The notes under the pieces: model-generated | Seen by the model: the letters and a program-made list of their open reading frames with translations, nothing else | Databases searched by the model: none | What the model was told of the DNA's origin: nothing | Shown: positions 26,001-39,103 of the stretch, piece after piece | Position numbering within the stretch: the first letter of the stretch is position 1 | Layout: each line of letters starts with the position of its first letter | Made by a program: the position numbers and the translations under genes | NCBI RefSeq assembly: GCF_001949145.1 | Contig: NW_019091405.1 | Location: forward strand, 434,001 to 496,000 | Source: Acanthaster planci | Lineage: Eukaryota | DNA: 62,000 nucleotides | Reading direction: 5' to 3'

Positions 26001-26636
26001 CACTGTCCATTTAAACAAACTTGCCTTGAGAGTGGATGAACTGTGATCCCCTTGAGACTGACTGAGGCCGAATCTGTTGTCTAGAGCTAGGTCTAGGACT
26101 TTGCTCCATAGGGAATACACTGAGACACCAAGACATTAGACCCAGCCTTAGCTCTGGAAGCCCCTTTCGGACACAGCCTGACCTCTATGATGATGCTGCG
26201 ATGGTTGTATTGTTTCCCCAAAGACCCACTGGCAATGGTAATATAACTTCACATATTGCTAAAAGGGACCAGACTTATTTACCTTCTAGCGTCAATTTGG
26301 TCACTTTGCTTTGAATGGTGGAAAAGCAACATGGCTGCTCCACGATAGAGGCCTACCTAATGCAGACTGTTGATATCCATGCCTCATGTGTACTTACATA
26401 TTCAGCTGGAACCTCTGGAATTCCTTGAATCGTTTGGGAATCTTGCGCATGTAGTACAGCAGGGACATGTGCCTGTATTGGGAGTAGGACACTCGGCCTC
26501 CAGCGAGCCTCAGGGTGTGCCCGGAGGTCCACAAGGCATTGGTGGAACCTAGACCGCAGGTACCGGGGTAGCTTGTCAGGGGGCAGTTCTGACATGCTGA
26601 CCTCAGAGCTAACAGGCAAGACCTATAATTCAACAT
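23029..26636 (-). CDS. DMAC2: Distal membrane-arm assembly complex protein 2 (ATP5SL), mitochondrial LRR protein, 4 coding exons, about 279 aa
   Basis: Exons 26636-26398, 25819-25596, 24106-23944, 23242-23029 (840 nt, phases consistent). Motifs IDAIDAKDTLIDYHGMAQI, LSFEGCPYIDDSCLSRL, CPQITERGLACLHHL, LEDTLP match the DMAC2 family. N-terminus MLNYRSCLLALRS looks like a mitochondrial presequence. The start codon is less certain because the frame stays open to the acceptor at 26668. Confidence 0.88.
24190..24415 (-). mobile_element. Decayed SINE-like repeat in a DMAC2 intron
   Basis: Minus strand begins ggggtagtggtt (A-box-like), followed by ggattgggtttcc...ggggttttcctcccacctct, which resembles tRNA-derived SINE cores. 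Boundaries approximate. Confidence 0.45.
24955..25543. mobile_element. piggyBac-like MITE (589 bp)
   Basis: TTAA duplication at 24951-24954 and 25544-25547; imperfect TIRs ccacttggtgccggg / cccctgcgcaggtgg; second copy in AHSA1 intron 7. Confidence 0.75.
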
Positions 26637-27174
26637 GGCGATTGCAGAGCACAAAGAGTCTTGTTCATCTGGAAACGGAGATAGAAAAAAGAAAGACTCA
26701 AGAATGTGTTGAGTATAGACCAGACAGGCAAAATACAGTGTACATGTTTGTTAAGAGCGCTCTCTGTTACCACATAATCCCGATGCTAGTGTGGACTGCC
26801 TTGCATGAATAAAGATGATCACATGTCAGTTACGTCATCCAAATTCTTATCCCTAATGTCTCTGAATTTGCCTGCGCCGGGTCATAAAGTTTGAGGCCAA
26901 AAACAAAATTGCACAACATCAGACAATGACAATAAGCTGACTGCCAGGGTTTACGGAAACCTCGTCACCACATTTCTGGGTGCAGTTCTACATGTAGGTG
27001 TATGCTCTAACAGAGCATGGACTTAACTCCAGAACTATGGGTGGGGTTCATTGTCCGCCACATTCCCACATCTTGACGACGAATCCCACAGCTGCACAGG
27101 CACTAGGGGGTAGCAGTGAGTGAGGCGATAGACATTAATGGATTATATTGCTAATATTAATACTGCATGAGTGA

Positions 27175-27245
27175 TTTTGCACAATGGTAGAAAGGCATTG
27201 TGGGAAGTTTTCCTTCCCACAATGCCTTTCTATCATTTTGCAAAA
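27175..27245. repeat. 71-nt near-perfect hairpin
   Basis: ttttgcacaatggtagaaaggcattgtgggaag-ttttc-cttcccacaatgcctttctatcattttgcaaaa. Confidence 0.85.
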
Positions 27246-28933
27246 TCCCCCATGGCTGCGGTGTGAAACATGGAGGATCTGTTTTCCTTCCTCCATGAAC
27301 ATGATTGATAGGCCCATCAAGGAACATAGCCCCACTAGTGTGGCACGGACTCTCACTCCGGATCCATCCTTAGCCACACATCCGTATGCGCAATTTGTGT
27401 CAACGTATTGAACATTTCGGCGCACCCACTTATCATCGTGGGTGCAATTTCTTTTGCACACGAACATGATTCTTGACCTTTCCGCTTTCTACAAACCATT
27501 TATTGAATGATTTCACTCACATTATTCAGGTATTTTCTAGTCTTTTTGCCTTTATCCATTCAATATCATGGGCTCGCTCTCACAGTCGCCATCTTTAAAA
27601 TAAGATCGTTGAACAATACGTCACTTGACCTCTCATCGTCTCGACGGCTCTTCCATGTCAAGACACCTAAACTGCTGCCAAAGTTTTGGAAGGGCCCACT
27701 GGTTCATGTAGTATCTTATCGCCCAGTCCGTTTATTACATATGTCTTGACATGGAACCGTTTCTACAAGGAACTGTTTCTACAAGGAACAGATTTTGTTA
27801 GGGTCACTGCACGGTTTGTTAGGCCTAGCCTACTTAGGACAAATATTTTCCCCGTGATGCATGATGTGGTAGGTTCAGCAAAATGCTTTTTGAAATAATA
27901 TTAAAGCTTTACACTGACTAACATTAACGACTTACCAATGCAATCTTTCTTCAAGCTTCTGTCAAGGCTTGCATGCGCATGCTAGGCTGAAACTGCTCAA
28001 CTAAGACCTGCACACGTAGTAGGCGCGCGTGCTGGTACATGGTAAGTACGTGCATGGAGGAAGGAATCCTCCACGCGATGCACGGTACACGTACTATCTA
28101 GTACTAGCCTAGTTTACGCCCTCTATTGGCAATGTTCCTGTTACGCATCCAAGGTCATTCAATATTACATGTAGGCTACGTAACTTACCGCGGTGCGACT
28201 CCAGCTGAGACTTAAGTCAAGAACGTGTAAAGGAGCAGGTCAGAATAACGAAATACAGTGATACAGTCTCTTGTAATTGTGCCAGTGATTGCTAACGTTT
28301 TGAGTAATGGGCACACACTTTTGATTGGGGCTCGCTTTCTTCGAACTCAAGTTAAGTTGTTGTAAAGTGTCTGGAAGTTTGTCGAACTTAACGTACATAC
28401 ATGTACATGTATGATGTAGCTTCCTATGCCAGGTAAGCTACCGTGATAAGATGCGCCTCGTGGTCAGGTGGTGAAAGGTTTCCCCTCAAGTAGTGTACTG
28501 TTAGCCATCAGAAAGTGGCAATAAATCCTAAAAAGCCAAATTTAGCAGGGAAAATATCGAACACAATTTTTCAGACCTGTTTCATAGGGTTTGTGCACGG
28601 GGAGTCACATGGCGTCTGTTTATGGAGCACTTCCCTAACTTGGCGTAGGCAGTGCTAGGGCTTACTTAGAAAACACTTTTCATACCAGTCTCATAATGAA
28701 TTGAAACCTAGGCTAGACCTATTCATACATAACATATTATGTCAGCTAAACTTCAAAGTTTGTCTTTTCTGTGGTGCAGTAATGTTCAGATGAATCATGA
28801 TGGAGCTGTTTGATGCAAACTTATTCTCTAGCTCTATTTGCAATATGGAAATATAAGAAAGAGGACTTGAAGGAAATAGTTTATCCAGAATGTAACAGCT
28901 GCAAATTTTGGTTTGATTTATTGCAGGAACATC

Positions 28934-31900
28934 ATGGTGTCCACTGGTATGGTTGCCTTGGCAACCGTTTCATCACTGCTGTCATTGTCTCTGGTTGCAT
29001 TCATTGTCGCTGTTGTTTTTTTGCACTACCGTCACTGGAAGTACAGTCATATTCCTGGACCAAAGAGACGCAGGTTTGTAGACCTGTGCATGTATCCATA
29101 AAACAATATCTTCCTTCTCTTTTATAAAGTAGGCTGTTTCTCACATCAAGTTCATACTTGTATACTTGTTTGTAATGGCTCTGTGGCATATTTCTCTTCA
29201 TTGCTTTATGACATGGGCTTATTCTGACTTCAAATACATGTGGCAAAGGATCAGTCTTACAGAATTTAAATTGAAATTGTATGACATCTGATCGTGATTC
29301 GCGATCTTTGGTTTGCCAGTGTTGGCCGAGAGTTGAGGCTGCCTCGGATCATGTCCTGTATGCTTATAACACACCCCTCTAACATCACCACTGGTGTAAA
29401 TGGTCAATCAAATTATTTGCTCTTCACCAGCAAAAGAGTAAGGACAGGACAGAGAAAAATTTGAGCAAATGGTCATATTGTTTTAGTTTTAACTTTCTTT
29501 TTGTTGAGTCGCACACTCAGTACCTTTGAGTTGTGGCCAGTATTGAGTGCACATACAAAAGATTTCATAAGTGAGCCTGGTCTTTGTGCAAGATTACATG
29601 TTCTGTGGCATTTAACACAGGTGATAATTTCATGCGTTCACTGTGTTCCAACTGCAAGTAAGTTCTGGTGTGAGGCCTGCATTTGTCCTTTGCTCTTGTA
29701 CCTTTCTTGAATGGCAGGGTTCGGACAGTTTATTTGGAGTATAAAGCCAATACTTCAACCACTGTAAACAAAGTTGTAAAGTGTACTTATTGACACATTT
29801 GTCTACAAGGGTTTTCCTAGCCAAAAATACAGTGGACACTCCAATCAAAATGGACAGCTAAAAGTGGGCTCAGATTTAAACAAATCTGTTAACTAATAAT
29901 TATGTACAAACTCAAAATCTGAAATGAAGGAAAGAGATGACCCTAAGAAGGCCTTTGTGGCACTAAGCAGATGATGTTTGTGATATTCCTTTCCACAAAT
30001 GAGGAGCTAATTGAATTTGTTACAGTTGTGAGTCATGGTTTTGAGTCATGGTTGTTAGCCGTGGTTGTGAGTCATGGTTGTTAGCCATGGTTGTGAGTCG
30101 TGGTATCTTTTGTTTCTGCAGCTTTTTCTTGGGGAATATTCAGGACTTCAGGGAGTATGTGGCCAAAGGGAAATTGATTGAAGATGCCATTAAAGACTGG
30201 TGAGTGAAATAACATGATGAGGGAATAAAAGTAACACCAATTCCCTCTCAGAAGCACTCTGTGTTTTTTCCTCTTATTTCAGCCCAGAAATTGGTTATTA
30301 CAGTCCACTCTCAATATAAAGAACACTGTTAAAACAAAATACTGTCATTAAGATCAATCCTACTTTCTTGAATTCTTATGGTTTGTTTTTCCACTCCTTA
30401 TAACAAAGTCTTGGTCATAACAAAGTAAGCTGTCTGGTGCCTCAGACGTTTTTATATTAAGTTCGTGTTATCAAGTCAATGATCAAGTGTTTTTATACTC
30501 TGCAAAGGGTTCCTCTTGCTTCTCTTGGGGTGGCATCCAGTTCATTGACGGTACAGTTAAATATGGCCTGATGCTTGGTTCCTTTTAAGCAAACAAATAT
30601 GTACTTGGCCGATCAGGAAAAAGGACGCAAGTAATGCCCAAGCGGCAGGCGAGGGCATCATCAGCATTCATTCTCCTGAGCCGGTCTTAAGTCTTAGTTT
30701 AAAACTGGCCAAGCACATATTTAATCCCATTCGTAAATACTGTTTCAGTCAGAGAGTCAAAAGAAATCAAAATACGATACATTTCCAAGGATTTTGTTCT
30801 AGAGTTTTTCTTTTATTTTCCCGAACACTCCCGTCCATTTTATGGTATATTCTTTGTGCAAGTAGTCCACAAGAACATCCTTATATGGACTTAGCATGCG
30901 CGTGGCCATTCCTCAGAGTCTAAATAGGAATGAATTAAACTGTCTTGTATCCAGCTGCCAGTGCATTTTTACACAATGGGCATTACCAAATCACAGCGGG
31001 CATTATCAAATGTTAACATACAGTCACGCTGCACGTTGTTGAATAGGGAAACTCTCTGAGATATTCATGAATGTGTCTTTGAATGCATGCAGGGCGGATG
31101 AATTTGGACCGGTTTGCGTCGTTTGGTTTCTACACCGTTGCATTGTGTACTTCAATGACACCAGAGCCATTAAGGTATGTTGGAGACACTAGACCACACT
31201 GTCAGTTAATGAAAATGAATGAAAAATAATGTACATAAATATCTAGGCATCTTTAAAACTTGCCGAAGACCTCATCTGAATACTCAATAGCAGTAGTATT
31301 AGATTCTCCAAGAGCGCTGAATCAAAAAAGAAAGGAAACTTTAAGACGTCAAAATGTCCCAAAATGTGGCAGATTTTGGTTCCCAAATAACTGTAGCATT
31401 CACACTTTTACTTGCAAACATGAAAACCTGCATCAGCATAAACACATGCGTCAAATAGAGGAATTAAAAATGGACATTAAATTTTGGTGAAATGAGACTT
31501 AAAGGTGTACAGTGTACTTTCACTTTAAAACGACCATATTTAAAAAAAATGTAGGGGCTCTTTAATTTGCTGGAAGAAATGATATTTATTTGTAGATGAG
31601 GCTGTTGTAGAATTTGAATGGAATTGCATTTAGGTCGTAAGTATGATTGCCAGAGAGTGTTGTTAGCGGCAAATATGTAGCCATTGCTGTTTAGCCAAAT
31701 GTGAGCCAATTTCAAAGCAGTTTTTCCTCTTTCCTCTCAGGAAATCCTGGTCTCAGGCAGTCTGAAGTATCCTAAAGACTGGACTTACGACGGTATTGCA
31801 ACTGTCTATGGTGCACGCTTTCTGGGCCGAGGTCTGGTGACAGAGAGGAATCATGAATTGTGGCTGAAGAGACGGGAAATTTTCAACCCAGCTTTTAGCC

Positions 31901-34900
31901 GAAAGTAAGCACTGCGATCGCTGCCCTGTTGGCATGCAATTCCATTTGCTCCATAACCTAACGGATACACTCACAGTTTTTTAAGTTAGAAAACTACATG
32001 CACATGTAATCAACATAAACTAGGATTTTGGATTGTATGGATAACGATAGGTCTTTGAACACTGGCACGTCTGTTTTTCTACCATTTTTATGTATGAATG
32101 CATTAAAAAAAAATTTATCAGCTTCACTGTTTCCAAATCTAGGTCTACATCATTTGCAAATATTTGGTACATATTGACAGTAGACTTCCGTTTAATGTGT
32201 GTGGTTTATGAACATATTCCTCTCCAAATTTGTGGCAACGAAGGGGGCACTTGTTTGTCAACACGTCACTCTGGTCTTTGGTGTTTTTTTTCTTGCTGGT
32301 TGTAGCTACTTGAAGACGTGCATCAATCAGTTCAATGCCAGCTCTGATTTGCTGGTGGGTTACCTCAAGTCCAAAGCTGATGGCAAGACAGGTGTTCGAC
32401 TCCTACCAGAGCTGAACAAGGTCACGATAGACATCATTGCTAAGGTCAGAATTATGCTTATGATAGAGCAGTGACAAGTAACATAACTGAGATACCAAAT
32501 CAAAATTGATGGGCGGTGGTTGAATTTTTCCCCTTAGTTTATAATGTGAATACTTCTTTGCACGTTCCAAACAGCGTGTCTTAGAGGGAAGCACAACTTT
32601 ACATTGGTCAATTGCTAATAAGTGATGAGAGAAACCATTTTATTCAACATCCAAAGTGTGCTTACCTTTTCTATTTTCACTGTGCACAGCTCAGTGCAGA
32701 CCAGGACAGTTCGCAGGAATGACTTGCTGCTTTTTGATAGTAACTGTGTAGATATTTGAGCACTTGGGAAACAAGCAAACTGTCTCTTGAAAGCATTTCT
32801 GATGTTAGTCTTGTAACACCCTGTTTGAGACCACTGCATTGTAATAAGTGTGCAACACGTTGTGTTCTGGTATTTTGAGAAAATTCTGTGAAAGAGTTCT
32901 CTCAAAGTGTCCACAGCGGGGGTGTGATTCCTAAGGACTTGAGGGGATGTTTGACATCATAGTCGTGGATTTTCAGAGCCTTAATCATTCATGTCTTGCT
33001 GCTTTATTGGTCGTCCTCCCCTCCATGGTAAGATTGTTCATAATCATGGCTATTTGTGAATTTGTCGGTGAACTCGTGCCTCGTGAGTCACTTCAAGCCC
33101 TGAACTGTCACCATGGTAACCCCAGTGCTGGATGTTGTAGATTTCCCTTTACCCTCCATTGTCACCATTGCCACAGTGTTGCTGCTAGTTAACCTCCAAA
33201 ATTGGGCTGAATGATCTGTATGATGTCCGAAAATTCCTTCAAATTAAATGCATCCTGATTTCGGATTCAAAGAAAGTTGTAATGATTAATAATCAATTGA
33301 ATAAGTTGATCGTCATTGAGGCATTGATATTCATTTGATTTGCATTGATTCATCACCCAGAAATGGTTTTAATGTATACTTGAAGAGGGTAATAACTGAC
33401 AGTGAATTCTCTCCTCTTCAAATCAATATTCAGACTATTAGTTGGATTTTTTTGCTTGGATTGTAGATTGCTTTTGGCTCAAACTTTTACCAGTTTGATG
33501 CAGAGAAGATGACCTCATTCAACGAGGAATTTGATACGGCTCTCAGAGGAATGAGGATGCAGTTTGAGAAGCCGTGGTATACGGTAAAGGCGGCACCTTG
33601 TCGATTATATTTCTAGATTTTGTCTGTTAAGTGCAACTTTTTAATTTTTAATTTTCGGTACTTTTGTGATTGTATGTGCTCTACAGTTACATTGAATATG
33701 TCAAAATGAAAGTTATTAGACCGCAAAAAAAAATCTAGTTTCCGATCTCTACCTGCTTTTAAGGTTTCTTTTTTTTCTGTCGTCAAATTTGCAATAGATT
33801 ATTTGTTTGTTTGTTTCTAACAATCATTGTTGCTGCTAATTCAACTTAAATTGTTGATGGGGTTGAAAGTTCCTCTTCCTCAAACACACAACTACGTATA
33901 GGTGAAATAGTCCAAACAGTGCAGTAAATCCATCCACCATGTTACAAAAAGGCCAACTTATGTTTTTCTAAATGACTCAGCTTTTCGTTATTTATGAATG
34001 CAAACAATATGAAATGAGTTTTTTGTGTGTTTTTCTGTATTATATTACAGGCCTCATTCTGCTCAGTTTTGAGTGCTTTAGAAAGAAAAGTTTCCCCGGA
34101 GAAGAGAAGCTTTAAAGACATTAGAAAATGCCCCACCACAAACTAAGAAAATCACCTTGAGTTTGGATTATTGCCATCTTCCTCCAGCAGTCTTCAAACT
34201 TCCTCTACGATATTAAACTAAAGCCACCAAATTAAAGAAAACAAGCAACCTTCAAATCTGATCTGGGATAAATCTTATCTCCACCTTCTCTAAATGTATG
34301 TGACTGATGGTCATCCCTTGCAAATCTCCCATCCTAGCGTGGAAAAAATTGGAATTCACAGAAGGGAGGTGCAAAAGAAATGAAAGAAAAGGGGGAAACA
34401 GGACGAAAGTCACTAATTTGCGTAAAAATATCTCAGAATGGACTCTCTCCACCATTCGTTGCTTCTTGTTTTGCTGCTGATGCCCCAAAGATTTACCCCT
34501 CGGAAATAATTCATACAGCACTTCTGCTCGGAAAGGTCCATGGTTTGGTGAAGTTTGCTGATGTCTGCTAACGGAAAATCCATTGTCATATTCGAAACTG
34601 TGAACTGGACAAATAACTTTGGGGATTTTTTAATGCCGTCACCAATTTTGATGTTTTGTCATCAGTTCAACCCATCGAGATCAGCGTGGGACTATCGCGC
34701 CAAGGTCCGCCAGGCCATCCAGAAGTTAAGAGAGACCGGAAGGATGATCATCCAGAAGCAGATGAAAGCCTTAGGGAGAGGGGAAGAGCTCAGCAACAAC
34801 ATCCTGTCCTTCATCCTTCAAGCCTGCCAGCATTCGGCGACAGGAGGATTGGACATGGAAGAAATGGTGGATGAGTTCACCACCTTCTTCCTGGCTGGTA

Positions 34901-37900
34901 AGTTCCAGTGACGGAATGGTCCTCTGGTACTGACATTGCAGACAATCCGGCAAAATCCAAAGTGAGATTTCACCGGAGATCAATCAGTGGAAAGGATCAA
35001 TTTAGAAATGTCAAAATTGTCCCATCTCCCGTTCAACCAAAGGTGAGTGGAATCTGCAAAAGGTACTTGTACTTGTCAGCTCTTGGTTTTCCGATAAAAA
35101 TCTAGATGACGAAATTGTCCTCCAAGGCAAGATCTCATGGACTCTGTGCTAATGGCTGATGTGTCTCTGTGATTTGGTGTTTGACAACAGTCAGAGGACT
35201 TGATGTTTGACGTGAATTCACGGATGGATCCCTTTTTTTGTCGTAGTTACATCTCCTGGCTCACTGAAACTTTCCTTTTAGACTGATTGGGAACAAGTTT
35301 GGCAAGATGATGTGTGATGTGTCTTTCCTCCTTTTACCCTACTACAGGCAATGAGACCACTGCCAATCTGTTAGCGTCAGCCATGTTGCAACTGTGCCAG
35401 CATCCTGAGGCCATGTATAGGTAATTATATTCATTTTTTTTGGAGTTTTCACCAATTTTTCCAAAAAAGTTGACAAAGTTTATTTTTCATTGAGGTCTGT
35501 TCTGAAAATTCTGTCATCCGCTTGACCAAAATCAGTATTCTTACACAGAATTTATGCCAGGAAAATGAACTTACGAGACAGTACAATACATCTCTTATGC
35601 AGAGATGAATTGAAGTTGTGGAGCCTCTCCTGTTGCATACTTTATCAATGTTTTGGGTGTTTAGGTCTTATTTGATGTGAGCCTGCCTTTCGGGTCAACT
35701 TTAATCTTCTTTTTTCCATCACAGGCTGAAGACAGAAGTGGATGCTGTCGTTTCCAATAAGGATTACATCCCATATGAGGATCTGTCCAAGTTGGAATAC
35801 ACAGTCGCTGTAAGTACCTGGTTGCTTCTATTAATGTCATGCTTTACAGTTTCAAAGGTTTTTGTTCCTTTAAAAAGAGATAATTGAATTGTGCTGATTT
35901 CAGGTTCGAAATGAGATAGAATTTAACTTTCATGGTAGATTAACGGTCCGGTGTCGCTAGATTTGTTGCCGTCAAATACTTTGCACTTGCTCTGGGCACA
36001 AGTATTATTTTCCGGCAAAAATACAGAGACTTTTTAAAAATGACAAGATACTGCAACTGCTGTTCTTTACAAAGTTGGACTTTAGGAATGGTGCCCCTTG
36101 GTAGTCCTTTGGTCTTTTGGGTGACATATCCAGGGGTGAGATTAGTCAAGACTTTACCTCATTTCAGGTTTCTCTTTTCATCAGGTTTTTCATAATTTCA
36201 GAATTTGAAATACATTCTCTCTTAACGTCTTGAAAGTTTTGAATTTTCCGCTGAGATGTTTTTATGTATACATACAAAGTGATATGTAACGCAAGAAATG
36301 GGTATTTGAGGGGTGTCTTGAGGCAAACACAAAATGTACGCCGTAGGGACCCTAAATCGCTGTTCATGGGCCCCTCAAAACCTCTGGTGATGATTTCGTG
36401 GAGATATTGGTTTTCTCCAGTCTCATCCCTCTTTATCACATTTAAAACATTTTTAATTACCTTTTTATCACCTTTTTAAAACTCGGAGACCGTGTTGGGA
36501 GCAATATATGCTACACCTTCCAGCAATGTCCCATATGCCACTTGAGGGCGCCACACACAATCGAACTACATGTATCAGGGAATTTTGCCTGGTAACCAAT
36601 GCACACACTATAGTGCCAGGTCAAGTCAGTTGCTGAACAACCATGGCCTTGAATGTGTTTATCTTGTTAATGTTTTTCTTTTGGGGGGGGGACTTCACCC
36701 AATAATAGGTTCTGAAAGAAACACTGCGGTTGTGTCCTCCAGGTAACGGCACCGTCAGAGTCGCCAGTGAAGACACGCTGATTGACGGCATGAAGATACC
36801 TGCCGGTACTACACTGGGTGTAAGGCATTTCATTGTCTCTGTAATCTTTTGCTGACTGGCATTGCTTATAAATGAGTTACTCTGACCAAGGAAAGTGAGT
36901 TTACTTGCAGTTGGATCTGTAGCCACTCTGGTACTGTTCTCCGGTCTGCAGGTCTCATAATAATGCTACAGTAATACTAAGCTGTTCTTTTATAGTGCAT
37001 AAGACAATTATAAAAATCTCTTTGGGCTGAACAGGTGCATTTTACGTTGAAGTTTAAATTGTTCCAGGGTGGGGCAGTTTTTTGATGTTGGTGTGGAAGA
37101 TCGTTTTAAAGTTCAGGTGCGGAGTTTTTGAAGGCCCGTTGATCAGATGATTTCGTTAAAACTGGATAGGGAATGAGAAGATGTTTGTTGCTGAAGCAAT
37201 GAGTTCTTGATGGCTGATATTGGCTCATTGAATCTTGGAGAGAAACTGGGGCTGTTTCCTTGTGTGCATTTGTAAATCATAACCAGTACTTTAAAATTTA
37301 TCAAGGATTTCACTGGTAGCCAAGGTTTAAGTCTGTTTTCACTTTCATGATTGTGTTATTTTAATTTTAGTGTTGATTTTCTCAGTCACTTAACTCATTT
37401 TTCATACTGAGCCACAAGGACTTTTCCTCCGATGTCTTGACGTCGTCTTCATGCCAGTTTTATGAAAATTGGACAAAGCACTCTCGCAAAATGCCCAGTT
37501 GGCAAAAAGTGTGTTCCCTGATTGATGTGCTTCTGGAGAGATGCCCTCTACATTCAACTCTCCATTTATAATTGCAGGTGTCCTTTTACACCATTGGCCG
37601 CAGCGAGAGGTACTGGACCAATGTCATGGAGTTTTCTCCCGACCGTTTCCTTGCTGGAGATGGAAGGTAACAGCCCTGATAGATTCTCATCTTAGTTTAA
37701 TAGAGGTCGAGTTATGAACCAGGCTTATTTTAATTGAGTCTCTGCATGGAAAATGCAAACTTGCCACATAAGGCCCACAAATTTAATATGTAAATTTAAA
37801 GAAAGTTAGCAGGCTTAAGGAGAAGGCCATTTGCTCCAGGTTTCTTTACCTTCTGCAGAGAGATTCTGCTAGGATTGAAACACCAGGCCATCTATCTTTT

Positions 37901-39103
37901 AGATCTGTATAATGTATTTGAGAAGACAGTACCCAGAAAGCAGTTGGTACTACTTCTGTGGTTTGCTTTTCTCCAATTTAATATGGATATGCTATAATGC
38001 GCATAGGTGTCTCAAGGAACTTGCCAGAAAAGCTAAGATATTTTCACAGAAATTGCTGCAAAAATGGGTCTCATTAGTAAAAAAAAAGTGAAAAATAAAA
38101 AAGGGGAATTTTCACAGAAATTGCTGCAAAAGTGGGTCTCATTAGTAAAAAAAGGTGAAAAATAAAAAAGGGGAATTGTGCTATCCATGGTTGCTTGCAC
38201 CTCCCCCCCCCAAAAAAAATTAACTTGGCAACACCCATGCTCACAATGTGATGTGGCCTTATCTACTGTATTTGTAGTTCCTCCGGTGCCTTCATGCCAT
38301 TCTCCATCGGTCCCAGGAACTGCATTGGCCAACAATTTGCGATGGTGAGTCTTCTGGAGAAAAAAAAAATCAATTAAATACTATTGTAAAAGTGAAGCTT
38401 TATCACCATATTGACGGTATTCTCCAACAAAATTGTCCCAGGCACAGTAGCACCTTTGGACAGAAATACTGACTTTTTAAAATGACAAGATACTACAAGT
38501 ACCATCCCTAACGCAAAATTTAAATTTTACCTTACAAATGCTGACCGTAGGTGGTCATTCGTTCAAGATTTGTGTGACATGTTTTACCTCATCATCAGTC
38601 TCTGTTTAATAAAGTGGGAGGGCTCCATACATGTTCAACCTCCATTTGTTAGTTTAACCATAGTGAACAGACTCCATGGGAATCACTCAAGGGTTGGGAC
38701 GAGGGTAGATGTCACCCATTACTGCATAGGCCCTACAGAATTTGCCAGAATGCTTTGAAGCGCCCTCTATCTTACGGCGTAGGAAATCTCTGCAAGTTAC
38801 ACATCGTCCAGTGTGAAACTGATGAAAAGGACGGAAGTGTCCTCTTTCTTTTTCTCTGTCAAAATTCACTTGAAATCGGGACTTGAGAATGAAAGTGTGA
38901 ACATCTCAGTATTTTATGCCTATCTTGTACAGATTGAAGCTCGTATCCTGTTAGCCAAACTCCTGCAGAACTTCAGTTTCAGCCTGGTTCCGGGACAGGA
39001 CTTGGGGTGCGTTGTTGAAACCACCATGAAACCAAAGGACGGATGCCAGGTCTTCATAACGCCAGCGGAGGAGAGTGGGCATCAACCCACCGGCAGCCAG
39101 TAA
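28934..39103 (+). CDS. CYP46A1: Cytochrome P450, cholesterol 24-hydroxylase (CYP46A1)-like, copy A, 13 coding exons, 515 aa
   Basis: Exons 28934-29073, 30122-30199, 31093-31174, 31741-31904, 32306-32444, 33467-33583, 34666-34897, 35348-35420, 35725-35809, 36709-36819, 37578-37666, 38278-38344, 38933-39103 (1548 nt). TM anchor plus KYSHIPGP, GARFLGRGLVT, I-helix FFLAGNETT, KETLR, PDRF, heme motif FSIGPRNCIG. Family assignment is by recalled similarity to CYP46A1; substrate is not established. Confidence 0.92.
30026..30103 (+). repeat. 13-bp minisatellite x6
   Basis: ttgtgagtcatgg and ttgttagccRtgg units, ending 18 nt before CYP copy A exon 2. Confidence 0.9.
37025..37322 (-). mobile_element. 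L2/CR1-type LINE 3' fragment
   Basis: Minus-strand translation WLPVKSLINFKVLVMIYKCTQGNSP ... CPTLEQFKLQRKMHLF resembles the L2 ORF2 C-terminus (WLPV..RI.FK....YK...G.AP ... FK..LKTHLF); degenerate. Confidence 0.7.
38041..38178 (+). repeat. Tandem duplication of about 69 bp
   Basis: ttttcacagaaattgctgcaaaaRtgggtctcattagtaaaaaaa...ggggaatt occurs twice. Confidence 0.85.
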
